Below, one piece after another: positions 40,239-51,306 of a stretch of DNA of 53,446 nucleotides. The stretch spans positions 1-53,446 of the forward strand of contig NW_021833864.1 in the NCBI RefSeq assembly GCF_006345805.1, written 5' to 3'. Every line of letters starts with the position of its first letter. The stretch's first letter is position 1. The notes beneath the pieces were generated by a model. The model worked only from the letters and a program-made list of their open reading frames with translations. It did no database searches and was not told where the DNA came from. The translations under genes and the position numbers were made by a program. This DNA comes from Octopus sinensis. Taxonomy: Eukaryota.

Positions 40239-40381
40239 CGACAGGCTTCTTTCAGTTTCTGTCTACCAAATCCACTCATAAGGCATTGGTCGGCCCGGGC
40301 TATAGCAGAAGACACTTGCCCAAGCATGCCACGCAGTGGGACTGAACCCAGAACCATGTGGTTGGTTAGCAAGCTACTTAC
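39882..40381 (-). mobile_element. SINE family A with expanded internal (CA)/(TA) tract
   Basis: Colinear with other copies; internal microsatellite about 150 bp. Confidence 0.9.
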
Positions 40382-41263
40382 ATGTGTCTTCAGGATTAAA
40401 AGTTAATGGAATAAAAGAGATGTCGGTTCGTACAGATATGACGCCCTCATTAGAATTTCTTTTTTCAAAAAATGGCCATCTACCTCGATTTCTGTAGAAA
40501 GATCTTCAATAATGTTCCGCATTTTATATTTCCCCTTTGTTATAGTTCTTTTTTTTTTTTGTTTTTTAATGAATAAATGTTTAAAATTTGCAGTTTTCAA
40601 GTTGCACTTGTTATAAGTATATCATTTATAAACTTGTGCTAAGTGGTATTTAGCATTAAATATACAAAATTAAAGATATAAGTTATATCTAATAAAATTG
40701 TAGGTTTTGGCCCGAGGATTTAATCTGTTATTTCACATCCACCATTTTGTATGTCTGAAAGTCTTGTCGCGGAGTACTATATGTTGGCCTGTGCTTAAGG
40801 CCCCCAAATAGCAAGATCGAACGAATGTAGCAGATTTTGCAGGACGAGCACTATTATCAAAGTAATCATTCGCTTAAGAACACATTCACACAATTGCTTC
40901 TCTCAGGGAAAAAAAAACACATCTGAAGAGATATCATGGTCACCATGCGTAAAAGCGAACAGAATATTTAAGATCAAAGGGTTAAGAATACTATTATCAT
41001 TAATAAATTAAACTTCACTATCAAGAACAGACATCAGTTGAGCGACGTTAATTGGCTAATATAACATAACCTGTCTGCGCATGTCACAACCCTATGCCCA
41101 TTTATCTGTGCAGATCAGAGCTAAGCTCATTCCCTATTTTTCTCTTGATAAAGACATTTTAAAGCCGAAATTTTGAAATACAGCGTAAATCTGCAAACGG
41201 TTGATTGCTTTTGTGTTTATTTTGTTTTCATCTCTGTTACCAACTTTTATTATTTTAACATGA

Positions 41264-41660
41264 CTATGATTCTATGAACCGTAAAAATTAATACACAGAG
41301 TTGCTTATTTGCAAAAAAAAAAAGAAATATAACATGTGACTTCATTGACCGAGGTTACCGAGGTCTTTTCCGTAGGCTTTTCTTTCCACGGGTAAACCTC
41401 ACCTGTCCTCCACTTTACACTTCATATTGACATTTCTGTGATAACGATCCCTTTTGATCAATTTTTTTTTCTTTCCTATTTTTTTCCTCTCCCCCCCTTT
41501 TTTAAAAAATTTTATTCCCCCCTTTTTTTGTACTCTTTCTTTCCCTTTACGATCCCTTTTGGTCGAAAACCAAACCCTCTTTTTTTTACCCCCAAAAGAA
41601 AAGCTCTACCTTGTAATTTGTCCTGTCTGTGTGCAGCCCTGTGTGGCTAATAAAGAAACA
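41264..41660 (+). mobile_element. ~400-bp headless short retroelement (family E), copy 2
   Basis: 13-bp TSD TATTTTAACATGA at 41251-41263 and 41661-41673; same ends as the 18750 copy. Confidence 0.85.
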
Positions 41661-41819
41661 TATTTTAACATGAAGAAATTAGAAACAATTATTGCGCCTT
41701 TGTAAAAACATTCACATACACACACAGGCACACACGCGGAAATTTGTTGTTCGAAAACTAAGATGAAGTGCTCAATAAATGTACAGAATATATCAATTTT
41801 GTGAATCCTCAGCATATAT

Positions 41820-41923
41820 ATTCCTCCTCCTCCCCCTTCTCCCCTTCTCCTCCTCCTGCTGCTGCTGCTACTACTACTACTACTACTACTACTACAACTA
41901 CTACCACCACCACCACCACCACC

Positions 41924-41957
<34 letters not shown>

Positions 41958-41960
41958 TTA
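41820..41960. repeat. Trinucleotide block (CCT)/(GCT)/(ACT)/(ACC)n
   Basis: Direct reading. Confidence 0.9.
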
Positions 41961-42185
41961 CACACACACAGGCATATATATATGTGTGTGTGCGTGTGTG
42001 AGAGAGAGAGACGATAAGGATACGAATACACAGGTATAGACACATATATAATGATAAATGCACATACAGCTACAACGCATGTAGAACACAAATGCACACA
42101 CACACACGCACACACACGCACATATTCATACTTTTCATGTGATAGCACCCACATCACAACAGCACGTACAACTCTCAAATAACAC

Positions 42186-42223
<38 letters not shown>

Positions 42224-42611
42224 GGCGATGAGCTGGCAGAAACGTTAGCATACCCGGCGAAATACCTAGCGGTATTTTGTCTGCCATTGCGTTCTCATTT
42301 CAAATTCCGCCGTGGTCCACTTTGCCTTTCATCCTTTCGGGGGTCGATAAATTAAGTACCAGTTACACACTGGGGTCGATGTAATCGACTTAATCCGTTT
42401 GTCCTCTCTGTGTTTAGCCCCTTGTGGGTAGTAAAGAAATAGGTATTTTGCCCGTCGCTATGTTCCGAGTTCAAATTCCACCGAGGCTGACTTTGCTATT
42501 CAACCTTTCGGCGTCAATAAATTAAGTACCAGTGAAACACTGGGAATCGATGCAATCGATTAGTCCCCTTCCCCAAATTTCAGGCCTTGTGCCCCTAGTA
42601 GAAAGGGTTAC
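42224..42611 (+). mobile_element. SINE family B dimer (tail A unit + headless tail B unit)
   Basis: Junction GAAATA|GGTATTTTG at 42441/42442; candidate TSD TATTATTATTAA at 42212-42223 and 42612-42623. Confidence 0.85.
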
Positions 42612-42671
42612 TATTATTATTAATTCATAAAGACCACATAATAATCATGCCCTATGTGTGTGATTTATACC

Positions 42672-42750
<79 letters not shown>

Positions 42751-42761
42751 ATATGAATATG

Positions 42762-42793
<32 letters not shown>

Positions 42794-42882
42794 TGGAGTA
42801 AACACATAAATGTGAAACAAGGTGGAAAAAAGAGTACTCAAATACCAGTGGTAGAGTAATATGCTTTAGAATCTAGCAAAAA

Positions 42883-42919
42883 CTGTCCGATGAACGGCAA
42901 CGGAAACTCAGAGTAACAG
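42883..42919 (+). ncRNA. Minimal type I hammerhead motif (U4C) in a (TA)n-flanked mini-element
   Basis: CTGT-CCGATGA-A-CG-GCAA-CG-GAAAC-TCAGA-GTA-ACAG. Confidence 0.5.
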
Positions 42920-42976
42920 GTTTTGTTGAATTTTCTGCTGCTTTACAAAGTATATATTATTATATATATATATATA

Positions 42977-43018
<42 letters not shown>

Positions 43019-43626
43019 ATATATATAATTAATATAGACGCCGTGTGCAATGTTTTACCAAAAGGGAAAACTATAATCGTCACTAAATATGAATAGGATG
43101 TTAGAACACCTGCGGTTGCAGAAATAAGAACTAAAATCTTTAATGCTATAGTTAATGCACATAATTATATACATATGTACTGACATATATATATATATAT
43201 ATATATATGTATATCATACACATAATCAATTACAAGAAAAATACAAACGCAAATATAAATAAAATGTTAAAATATAAATTATATTAGAAATGTCAAAGTA
43301 CGGTGAACGCATTGACTGGTAAACTTGGACACATGCGCACTTGCATACACGCACACACAAGCAGTTCGGAGTTCCACGTGTTGCGTGATTCCTCAAGAGA
43401 TGGTATTTCCCTGTAAGTGTCGTGCAATACGAGAAACTGTTGTTACGCAGCACAACGGGTACCAATTCCATACAATAAATAAAATAGTCTACAATTTGTA
43501 AGCATTGAACATATTTTCGTTTTTTTTCTTTTTTTGCAAAAAATTAAAGTGCGTGCGTGTATGCATGTACATAATTGCGTGTCTGTGCGTGTGCGAGTAT
43601 GCGTATTTCTATATATATATTATATA

Positions 43627-43661
<35 letters not shown>

Positions 43662-43673
<12 letters not shown>

Positions 43674-43960
43674 TATTTATATGACTGTATATGTATTTAT
43701 ATATATAAATATACATATATATATATATACAAATAAATGTATGTCTGGATATGTATGTATGTATATATGCATATATATGTGCATAAGTGTGTATATATAT
43801 ATAATATATATATACACACACATATATATTTATATGACTGCATGTATTTACATAAATATACATAATATATATTTATACAAATAAATGTATGTCTGGATAT
43901 ATGTATGTATGTATATATGCATATATATGTACATAAAGGTATATATATATATAATATATA
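43662..43960. repeat. Tandem duplication of a ~150-bp compound microsatellite unit
   Basis: atatttatatgactg and caaataaatgtatgtctggata each occur twice about 150 bp apart. Confidence 0.8.
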
Positions 43961-45713
43961 TATTATATATATATATATTATATATATATACATAGTACAT
44001 AGAGTATATAGGCATAAATGAGTGTGATCTATATGTATTTGTGTATTATGTATATATACATACAAACCTGTGTGTATATATATATAAATATACATACATA
44101 TATGTATACATATACATATATATATATATATAAAATATATATACATATACATATACGTATACATATATATATATATTATATATATATAATATATATATAT
44201 ATATACATATATATAACATGTACACGCATTCATGTTAACTTTATATATATCTGTCACATGATTAACAAAAAAAAAGCAACTAAACGAACAAGCCGCATTC
44301 ATCATCAAAGAAGCAACAAGCAGCAAGCACAGTGCTGCAACAGAATGAAATGACGAATAGGAATAAGAATAAGACTGAAATAATACTTACTGTGAAAGGC
44401 AGGCAAAAACCGCCGGCAGACTGTGGCTGTTGGTCAAATGACTGACACCAACCGACCGACGTTGGTAGACGCACACAGACACACAGACATTTTGCATCTG
44501 ACATCAACAGTTGTCCCTGGCAACCACTGAGTTTCGCATCTTAAGATGGAGCACGAGCTTTTACTACTGTGCCTTAATGCATGTGCCAAGTGCAGACTGG
44601 CAGTGCAACAGTTTAAGTGGCAGTGCACTCAATGGAGTAGTAGTAGTAGTAGTAGTTGTAGCGATAGTAGTGATAGCTGTCGTAATGAAAGAAGTAGCAG
44701 CAGCTGCAACCGAAGTAGTAGTGCAGTGGTGCATCAGTGTAACGGGTTCAGTCAAACAGCTGCAAAGTTCAAACCCAACAGACGGCCAACGTTGATAACA
44801 CTGCTCTCCTTCTCTCCGCTTTCTTTCTCTCTCTTCCTCTCCACATTCTCTCTGTCTTTCTCTTTCTTTCTAAATTATTCGTTTTTTTTTAGAAAAAGCC
44901 TACCATGCGCACATAAGCAACTTCATCCACCCATAGACACATCACAAAAGAGCTTCCATACGGCCGGCCAGTCGTCCTGCTAGAAATAGCAGCGAGGTTG
45001 TTTCAAATTACAACCTAGCGCCCTAACAACAAAGATGGACAGTTTGAATATAATACTGTCATACACATACACATTTACACACACACGCGCGGGCGTACAG
45101 GTTGATCATGGCTGGAACGTCTTTTGGCTATAGGTCGGCTGAAACAGAAATGACTGAGTGGGCACTAACCAACAATCACACACACACACACACAAACTTG
45201 TATTCTTTTATCCAAACAGGATGGTGTGAGTGTGTATGAGGCATCACATGTGCACAAGGTCACGCGTTTGCAGAGGAGGAAATTAAATTTTTCTGTATTT
45301 TGTCAGACTTTCAGTCTTGTTCCATTCTCGCGAGCAGATGCACTGTTAGAGAAGCGAGTTCACTTCAGCCTGAAATCGAAACTGGAGCACAGAGCCGGCT
45401 CACTGAGAGATTAACTCATTTGATCTACACCATTCATTACACATTCTCTCTCTCTCTTTCACACACACACACACACATAAATATACATACATACGTATGC
45501 ATACATGACAAAAGGCAAGTTATAAATGTGTGTGAGCGTATTTATATATGTATCTGTGTGTATATGTGTGTATGTGTGTTTATTTTTACCGTTGTAGACT
45601 GTTGCACGTCCTCTTCTAGGGTTTAAACTTTCAAGATCATTAACAGACTGCTATAAATTTTAAAGGGATGATAAACTACAAGAGAACCTACACGCTTATA
45701 TGACTTTAACCTA

Positions 45714-46128
45714 GGCGGCGAGCTGGCAGAAACGTTAGCACGCCGGGCGAAATGCGTAGCCGTATTTCGTCTGCCGTTGCGTTCTGAGTTCAAATTCTTC
45801 CGAGATCGACTTTGCCTTTCATCCTTTCGGTGTCGATAAATTAAGTACCAGTTACGCACTGGGGTCGATATAATTGATTTAATCCGTTTGTCTGTCCTTG
45901 TTTGTCCCCTCTGTGTTTAGCCCCTTGTGGGTAATAAAGAAATACGTATTTCGTCTGCCGTTGCGTTCTGAGTTCAAATTCCGGCGAGGTCGACTTTGCC
46001 TTTCATCCTTTCGGGGTCGATAAATTAAGTACCAGTTACGCACTGGGGTCGATATAATTGATTTAATCCGTTTGTCTGTCCTTGTTTGTCCTCTCTGTGT
46101 TTAGCCCCTTGAGGGTGGTAAAGAAAAA
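45714..46128 (+). mobile_element. SINE family B tandem (head + two 184-bp tail-A units)
   Basis: Units start at 45761 and 45945; junction GAAATA|CGTATTTC; GGTA recurs at 46129, exactly one period later. Confidence 0.9.
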
Positions 46129-47010
46129 GGTAACCTAGTGAAAATCGATGTGGTAGGATTTGAACTTAGAACTTAAGTAAACGAATTCCACCAGGTAAGC
46201 CACTGAACTGTTTTAACATAAAGCTTTGTGAAATTGTCACACGGCCAAGACTTTATTGGGAAGATAGTGGCGAATAACTTAACCTCAGTGTATTACAGAT
46301 ACTGTGTTTATTGGCATGAATGGACAAAAGCCTACCTTGACGGGATTCGCAATCAGAAGGTTAAAAAAAATATTGCAAGATGTTTTGTTCGACAAATAAT
46401 GAAGCTGTCGATCCACATCACGTTATATTCAGTATTGATTTCTTACACAATGACAAGGTCACACAGCTACGGGTAAGGGAAATATCGATTGGATTAATCC
46501 CGCTACTTGACTGGTACTTTATGTTTTCGACCCCGAAGGGATAAATGACTTGCTTGATCTCAGCGAGTTTGAAATAGAAATCTCTCTCTTTCTCACACAC
46601 ATACATAAGTACATGCATGCATACATATATATATATATATATATAATATATGCACACATGATGAAAAGAGAAGTTATATGTGTATGCGAGTGCTTATGTA
46701 TGTGTGCGTGTGTGAGTGTGTGCTAATGAAATAGAGCCAGGCCTCTCTATCGATTCTGCCAATCTGCCTCAGATTATATAATATTTAATATTGGTAGCGG
46801 TACATAACATTTCGATTAGCACAAACATATATATGCATGTGTGTATGTGTGTATGTGTGTGAGAGAGACAGAGAGAGAGAGAGATGTGGTGTGTTGTGCT
46901 GGATATTTATAGATTTGTCTACAGATATCTATTATAAGAGGGAGGCACATAGACAAATATACTCATATCTATTAATACCTTTTTTTTCTTTTTTCTTTTT
47001 TCTTTTTTTC

Positions 47011-47409
47011 TTTTTACTTATTTCAGTCATTTTGACTGCGGCCATTCTGGAGCACCGCCTTTAATCGAGCAACTCGACCCCGGGACTTATTCTTTGTAAG
47101 CCCAGTACTTATTCTATCAGTCTCTTTTGTCGAACCGCTAAGTGACGGGGACATAAACACACCAGCATCGGCTGTCAAGCAATGCTAGGGGGACAAACAC
47201 AGACACACAAATATACACGCACATACATATATATACATGTATACGACGGGCTTCTTTCAGTTTCCGTCTACCAAATCCACTCACAAGGCTTTGGTCGGCC
47301 TGAGGCTATAGTAGAAGACACTTGCCTAAGGTGCCACGCAGTAGGACTGAACCCGGAACCATGTGGTTGGTAAACAAGCTAGTTACCACACAGCTACTCC
47401 TGCGCCTAT
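47011..47409 (-). mobile_element. SINE family A, full length
   Basis: Colinear with other copies. Confidence 0.9.
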
Positions 47410-47517
47410 ACATTGAAAATTGTAGATGTGAATACATATGTCGGATTATTAAGTCGCGTAGTTATTTTCGCTGTTCGTACACGCATATCAATACACAGAG
47501 ACATACTTTGTCTCAAA

Positions 47518-47904
47518 GTGGAGGCGCAATGGCTCAGTGGTTAGGGCAGCGGACTCACGGTCGTAGGATCGCGGTTTCGATTCCCTAACCGGGCGTTGTG
47601 AGTGTTTATTGAGCAAAAACACCTAAACCTCCACGAGGCTCCGGCAGGGATGGTGGTGATCCCTGCTGTACTCTTTCACCACAACTTTCTCTCACTCTTA
47701 CTTCCTGTTTCTGTTGTACCTGTATTTCAAAGGGCCGGCCTTGTCACTCTCTGTGTCACGCTGAATATCCCCGAGAACTACGTTAAGGGTACACGTGTCT
47801 GTGGAGTGCTCAGCCACTTACACGTTAATTTCACGAGCAGGCTGTTCCGTTGATTCGGATCAACCGGTACCCTCGTCGTCGTAACCGACGGAATGCTTCC
47901 ATCC
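47518..47904 (+). mobile_element. tRNA-derived SINE family C, full length with TSD
   Basis: Box A/B head; 13-bp TSD ACTTTGTCTCAAA at 47505-47517 and 47905-47917. Confidence 0.9.
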
Positions 47905-48368
47905 ACTTTGTCTCAAACAAACATAAACACACAAAACACGTACATATGCAGATGTGTATTGGTCAAGAGAAAGGCCACAAATACTTTAGTGGGATCTGTT
48001 TGACTGGTGCGATGTCATACAGGAGACCTGTTCTGAACGTTGAAGACCGTTAAATGCATACTAAGACCAGGTGTTCAAGCGCTCGAACCTGGCGACGCAT
48101 TACGTTTATAACTAAGTAGGTTAGGGCAAAATTTGAGGTCAGAGTGCAGAAAGCTCGAATAAATAACGAAAGGGCATTCCGCCCAACAATTTAATAGTCC
48201 ACTGCCTGAAGCCCATACTTCATCTATCAACCTTGGAAGGATGAAAAGCAAAGTTGGTCCTTAAAAAGATCTAGAGTAGCAGCATGTTGAAATGAAAAGA
48301 AAATTTTAATCTGCAAGGCTTTCGTCTGGCGCTCTAATGACTCTGCAACTTCAGTATATATATATATG

Positions 48369-48422
<54 letters not shown>

Positions 48423-48454
48423 TTGACAGACAGACAGACAGATAGATAGATAGA

Positions 48455-48600
48455 TATGTTTCTTTATTAGCCACACAGGGCTGCACACAGACAGGACAAA
48501 TTAGAAGTTAGAGCTTTTCTTTTGGGGGTAAAAAAAGGGGGTTTGGTATTCGTTCAAAAGGGATCGTAAAGGGAAAGAAAGAGGACAAAAAGGGGGGAAT
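48455..48600 (-). mobile_element. Family E 3' fragment
   Basis: Reverse complement of ...GTCCTGTCTGTGTGCAGCCCTGTGTGGCTAATAAAGAAACATA followed by (TATC)n. Confidence 0.8.
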
Positions 48601-48669
48601 AGAATTTAAAAAAAAAACACGTTCTCTCTCTCTCTCTCTCTCTCTCACGCATATTTATAGCTATTACCA

Positions 48670-48770
48670 AGTACTAGGCTTACAAAGGATCGATTCCTTC
48701 GACTAAAAGCGGTCCTCCAGCATGGCCACAGTCAAATGACTGAAACAAGTAAAAGACTAAAAGAGTAATA
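48670..48770 (+). mobile_element. SINE family A 3' fragment
   Basis: aagtactaggcttacaaag...ctccagcatggcc...tgactgaaacaagtaaaaga. Confidence 0.8.
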
Positions 48771-48774
48771 TGAA

Positions 48775-49273
48775 GGATTAGCTCTTCAAGTTTTTACTGA
48801 ATCCCAGACGTTCGATGTGGGCGCACTTTGCCCACACCGCAGACGTCTACACGACAGTTTAGTTCACACCACATCCGTACTAGCATAACCTGATCAACTG
48901 AGTTCACCGTGTTGCCTATCCGTTGCTTTAGCTCCAGTAAGTCCTGTGGAAATGGGAATATGAACAGCTTGTCTTTCAGATAGCCTCAAAGGAAAGCGTC
49001 GCAAAGCGTTAGGTCGAAGGACCTGGGTGAGGTGTGGGGGCAGGGAACAGACCATCATTTCAACTCAGCACGCGCGCAATCCAGGGTTCTGGAAGATGCT
49101 GGTTGAGGTACTCGCGTACATGTTTATGCCAATGTGACAGGGCACCGTCTTGCTGCATAATGAAATCGGGTACCTCTTTTTCCAACTGGGGTAGCACCCA
49201 AATGGACAAGCATGGTGAGATATTGAGATAAGTTCACTCTGTAAGGGTGGGCCATTCATTTTGAAATACCCTG
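48775..49273 (-). mobile_element. Internally deleted rosa/DD41D-like Tc1/mariner element
   Basis: TIR TA|CAGGGTATTTCAAAATGAATGG fused to C-terminal transposase: FIMQQDGALSHW..VREYLN..LP..WI, SPDLT-like, GYLKDKLF. Confidence 0.7.
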
Positions 49274-49338
49274 TATATATGTGTGTGTATGTGTGTGCGC
49301 GTGCATGTGTGTGTCTGTCTGTTTATGCATTCGTGTGC

Positions 49339-49710
49339 GTAGCTTGCTAACCAACCACATGGTTCCGGGTTCAGTCCCACTGCGTGGCATCTTGGGCAAG
49401 TGTCTTCTGCTATAGCCCCGGGCCGACCAATGCCTTGTGAGTGGATATGGTAGACGGAAACTGAAAGAAGCCTGTCGTATATATGTATGTATATATATAT
49501 GTGTATGTCTGTGTTTGTCCCCCTAGCATTGCTTGACAACCGCTGCTGGTGTATTTACGTCCCCGTCACTTAGCGGTTCGGCAAAAGAGACCGATAAAAT
49601 AAGTACTAGGCTTACAAAGAATAAGTCCTGGGGTCGATTTGCTCGACTAAAGGCGGTGCTCCAGCATGGCCGCAGTCAAATGACTGAAACAAGTAAAAGA
49701 GTAAAGAGTA
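49339..49710 (+). mobile_element. SINE family A, slightly 5'-truncated
   Basis: Colinear with other copies. Confidence 0.9.
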
Positions 49711-49938
49711 TGTATGTGTTTAGATGCGTGTGTGTGTTTATTGCGCATGCCTGCCTGTGTGTATGTGTCCGTGAGCGGAAGTGGTTAAGACTTTAGACCG
49801 GGAAATCGCTTTCCGTTAATCGTTCTTGTTTTCTGCGTTATGAGTTCAAATAACACCGAGGTTAACATTGTCTTTCGTATATTCGGATTTGATAATGTAT
49901 CATCCCTGTATGCAGATGTGGACTCTTGCTTCCTCTTG

Positions 49939-49986
<48 letters not shown>

Positions 49987-49991
49987 CTCTT

Positions 49992-50024
<33 letters not shown>

Positions 50025-50341
50025 CTATCTCGAGAAGTCAGGCTTATTCAGACCTGGAGAGGGATGGGTTCAGCCAGTGCTAAAAACGCTTTAAACACGC
50101 CGTACGTTACGACGGAGCCCGCACAACTCCATTAGAAGTCGAGGAAGCAAAGCAAAGAGTATGTATGCCTTTATGTGCGTTTGAATGGACGGATGGGTGG
50201 TGGGTGTATTTATTTATCTGTATATGACTTAAGCTATACAATATAATCACGTGATATATTTTTAAATCACACAAAAAGAATAAGATGCAAGGTGCAATAC
50301 ATACATACATACATACATACATACCTACCTACATACATACA

Positions 50342-50370
<29 letters not shown>

Positions 50371-50372
<2 letters not shown>

Positions 50373-50599
50373 TTCTTTATTACCCACAAGGGGCTAAACA
50401 TAGAGGGGACAAACAAGGACAGACATAGGTATTAAGTCGATTACATCGACCCCAGTGCGTAACTGGTACTTAATTTATCGACCCCGAAAGGATGAAAGGC
50501 AAAGTCAATCTCGGCGGAATTTGAACTCAGAACGTAACGACAAGCGAAATACCGTTAAGCATTTCGCCCGGCGTGCTAACGTTTCTGCCAGCTCTCCGC
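50371..50599 (-). mobile_element. SINE family B monomer with tail A inserted in (CATA)n
   Basis: (CATA)n on both flanks; ends GAAATA|TGTATG on the minus strand. Confidence 0.9.
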
Positions 50600-50902
50600 A
50601 TACATACATACATACATACATACATACATACATACATACATACATACCATACATGCATGCATGCATGCAATCAGCAATTTCATGCAATCAGCAATTTCAT
50701 ATGCAATCAGCATAACAGGCCAGAAATAGTTGTATGGGGCAGGGAACAAAAGCCATGCATTGTTGTAGAGGTCAGCTGCCCAGTAGATATAAATGACTAA
50801 AAAATTGGGGCTGAGGTGAACATCTATGGAGAATTGCTGAACTACATATAAGAACTGCAGCTCTTATATTCCGGCTACAGATTTTCACTTGTTCCTATTA
50901 TT

Positions 50903-51306
50903 GTTTTCTACTCTTGGCACAAGGCCCGAAATTTTGGGGTAGGGAGCCAGTCGATTAGATCGAACCAGTACGCAACTGGTACTTAATCTATCGACCCCGA
51001 AAGGATAAAAAGCAAAGTCGACCTCGGCGGAATTTGAACTTAGACGGTAAAGGCAGACGAAATACCACAATACCTATTTCTTTATTACCCACAAGGGGCT
51101 AAACACAGAGGGGACAAACACGGACAGACATAGGTATTAAGTCGATTACATCGACCCCAGTGCGTAACTGGTACTTAATTTATCGACCCCGAAAGGATGA
51201 AAGGCAAAGTCGACCTCGGCGGAATTTGAACTCACAACGTAACGCAGACGAAATACCGCAAAGCATTTCTCCCGGCGTGCTAACGTTTCTGCCAGCTCGC
51301 CGCCTT
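50903..51306 (-). mobile_element. SINE family B dimer (tail A + headless tail B) with 16-bp TSD
   Basis: TSD ACTTGTTCCTATTATT at 50887-50902 and 51307-51322; junction GAAATA|GGTATTGT-GGTATTTC at 51075/51074. Confidence 0.9.

Noticed and set aside
44510-44524. RFX X-box-like GTTGTCCCTGGCAAC and a nearby GTAAGT donor
   Set aside because: Imperfect short motif with no supporting promoter or exon evidence.
45714-46128. CRISPR-like array
   Set aside because: 184-bp near-identical SINE units with no unique spacers, no cas genes, and a eukaryotic context.
47518-47600. tRNA genes
   Set aside because: Box A/B heads continue into SINE bodies, with TSDs in some copies; no complete acceptor stem or cloverleaf was found.
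50455-50715. Recurrent MRNWYLIYRPRKDERQS ORFs as a peptide family
   Set aside because: Antisense reading of the family-B SINE core (also 3458, 45623, 51160).
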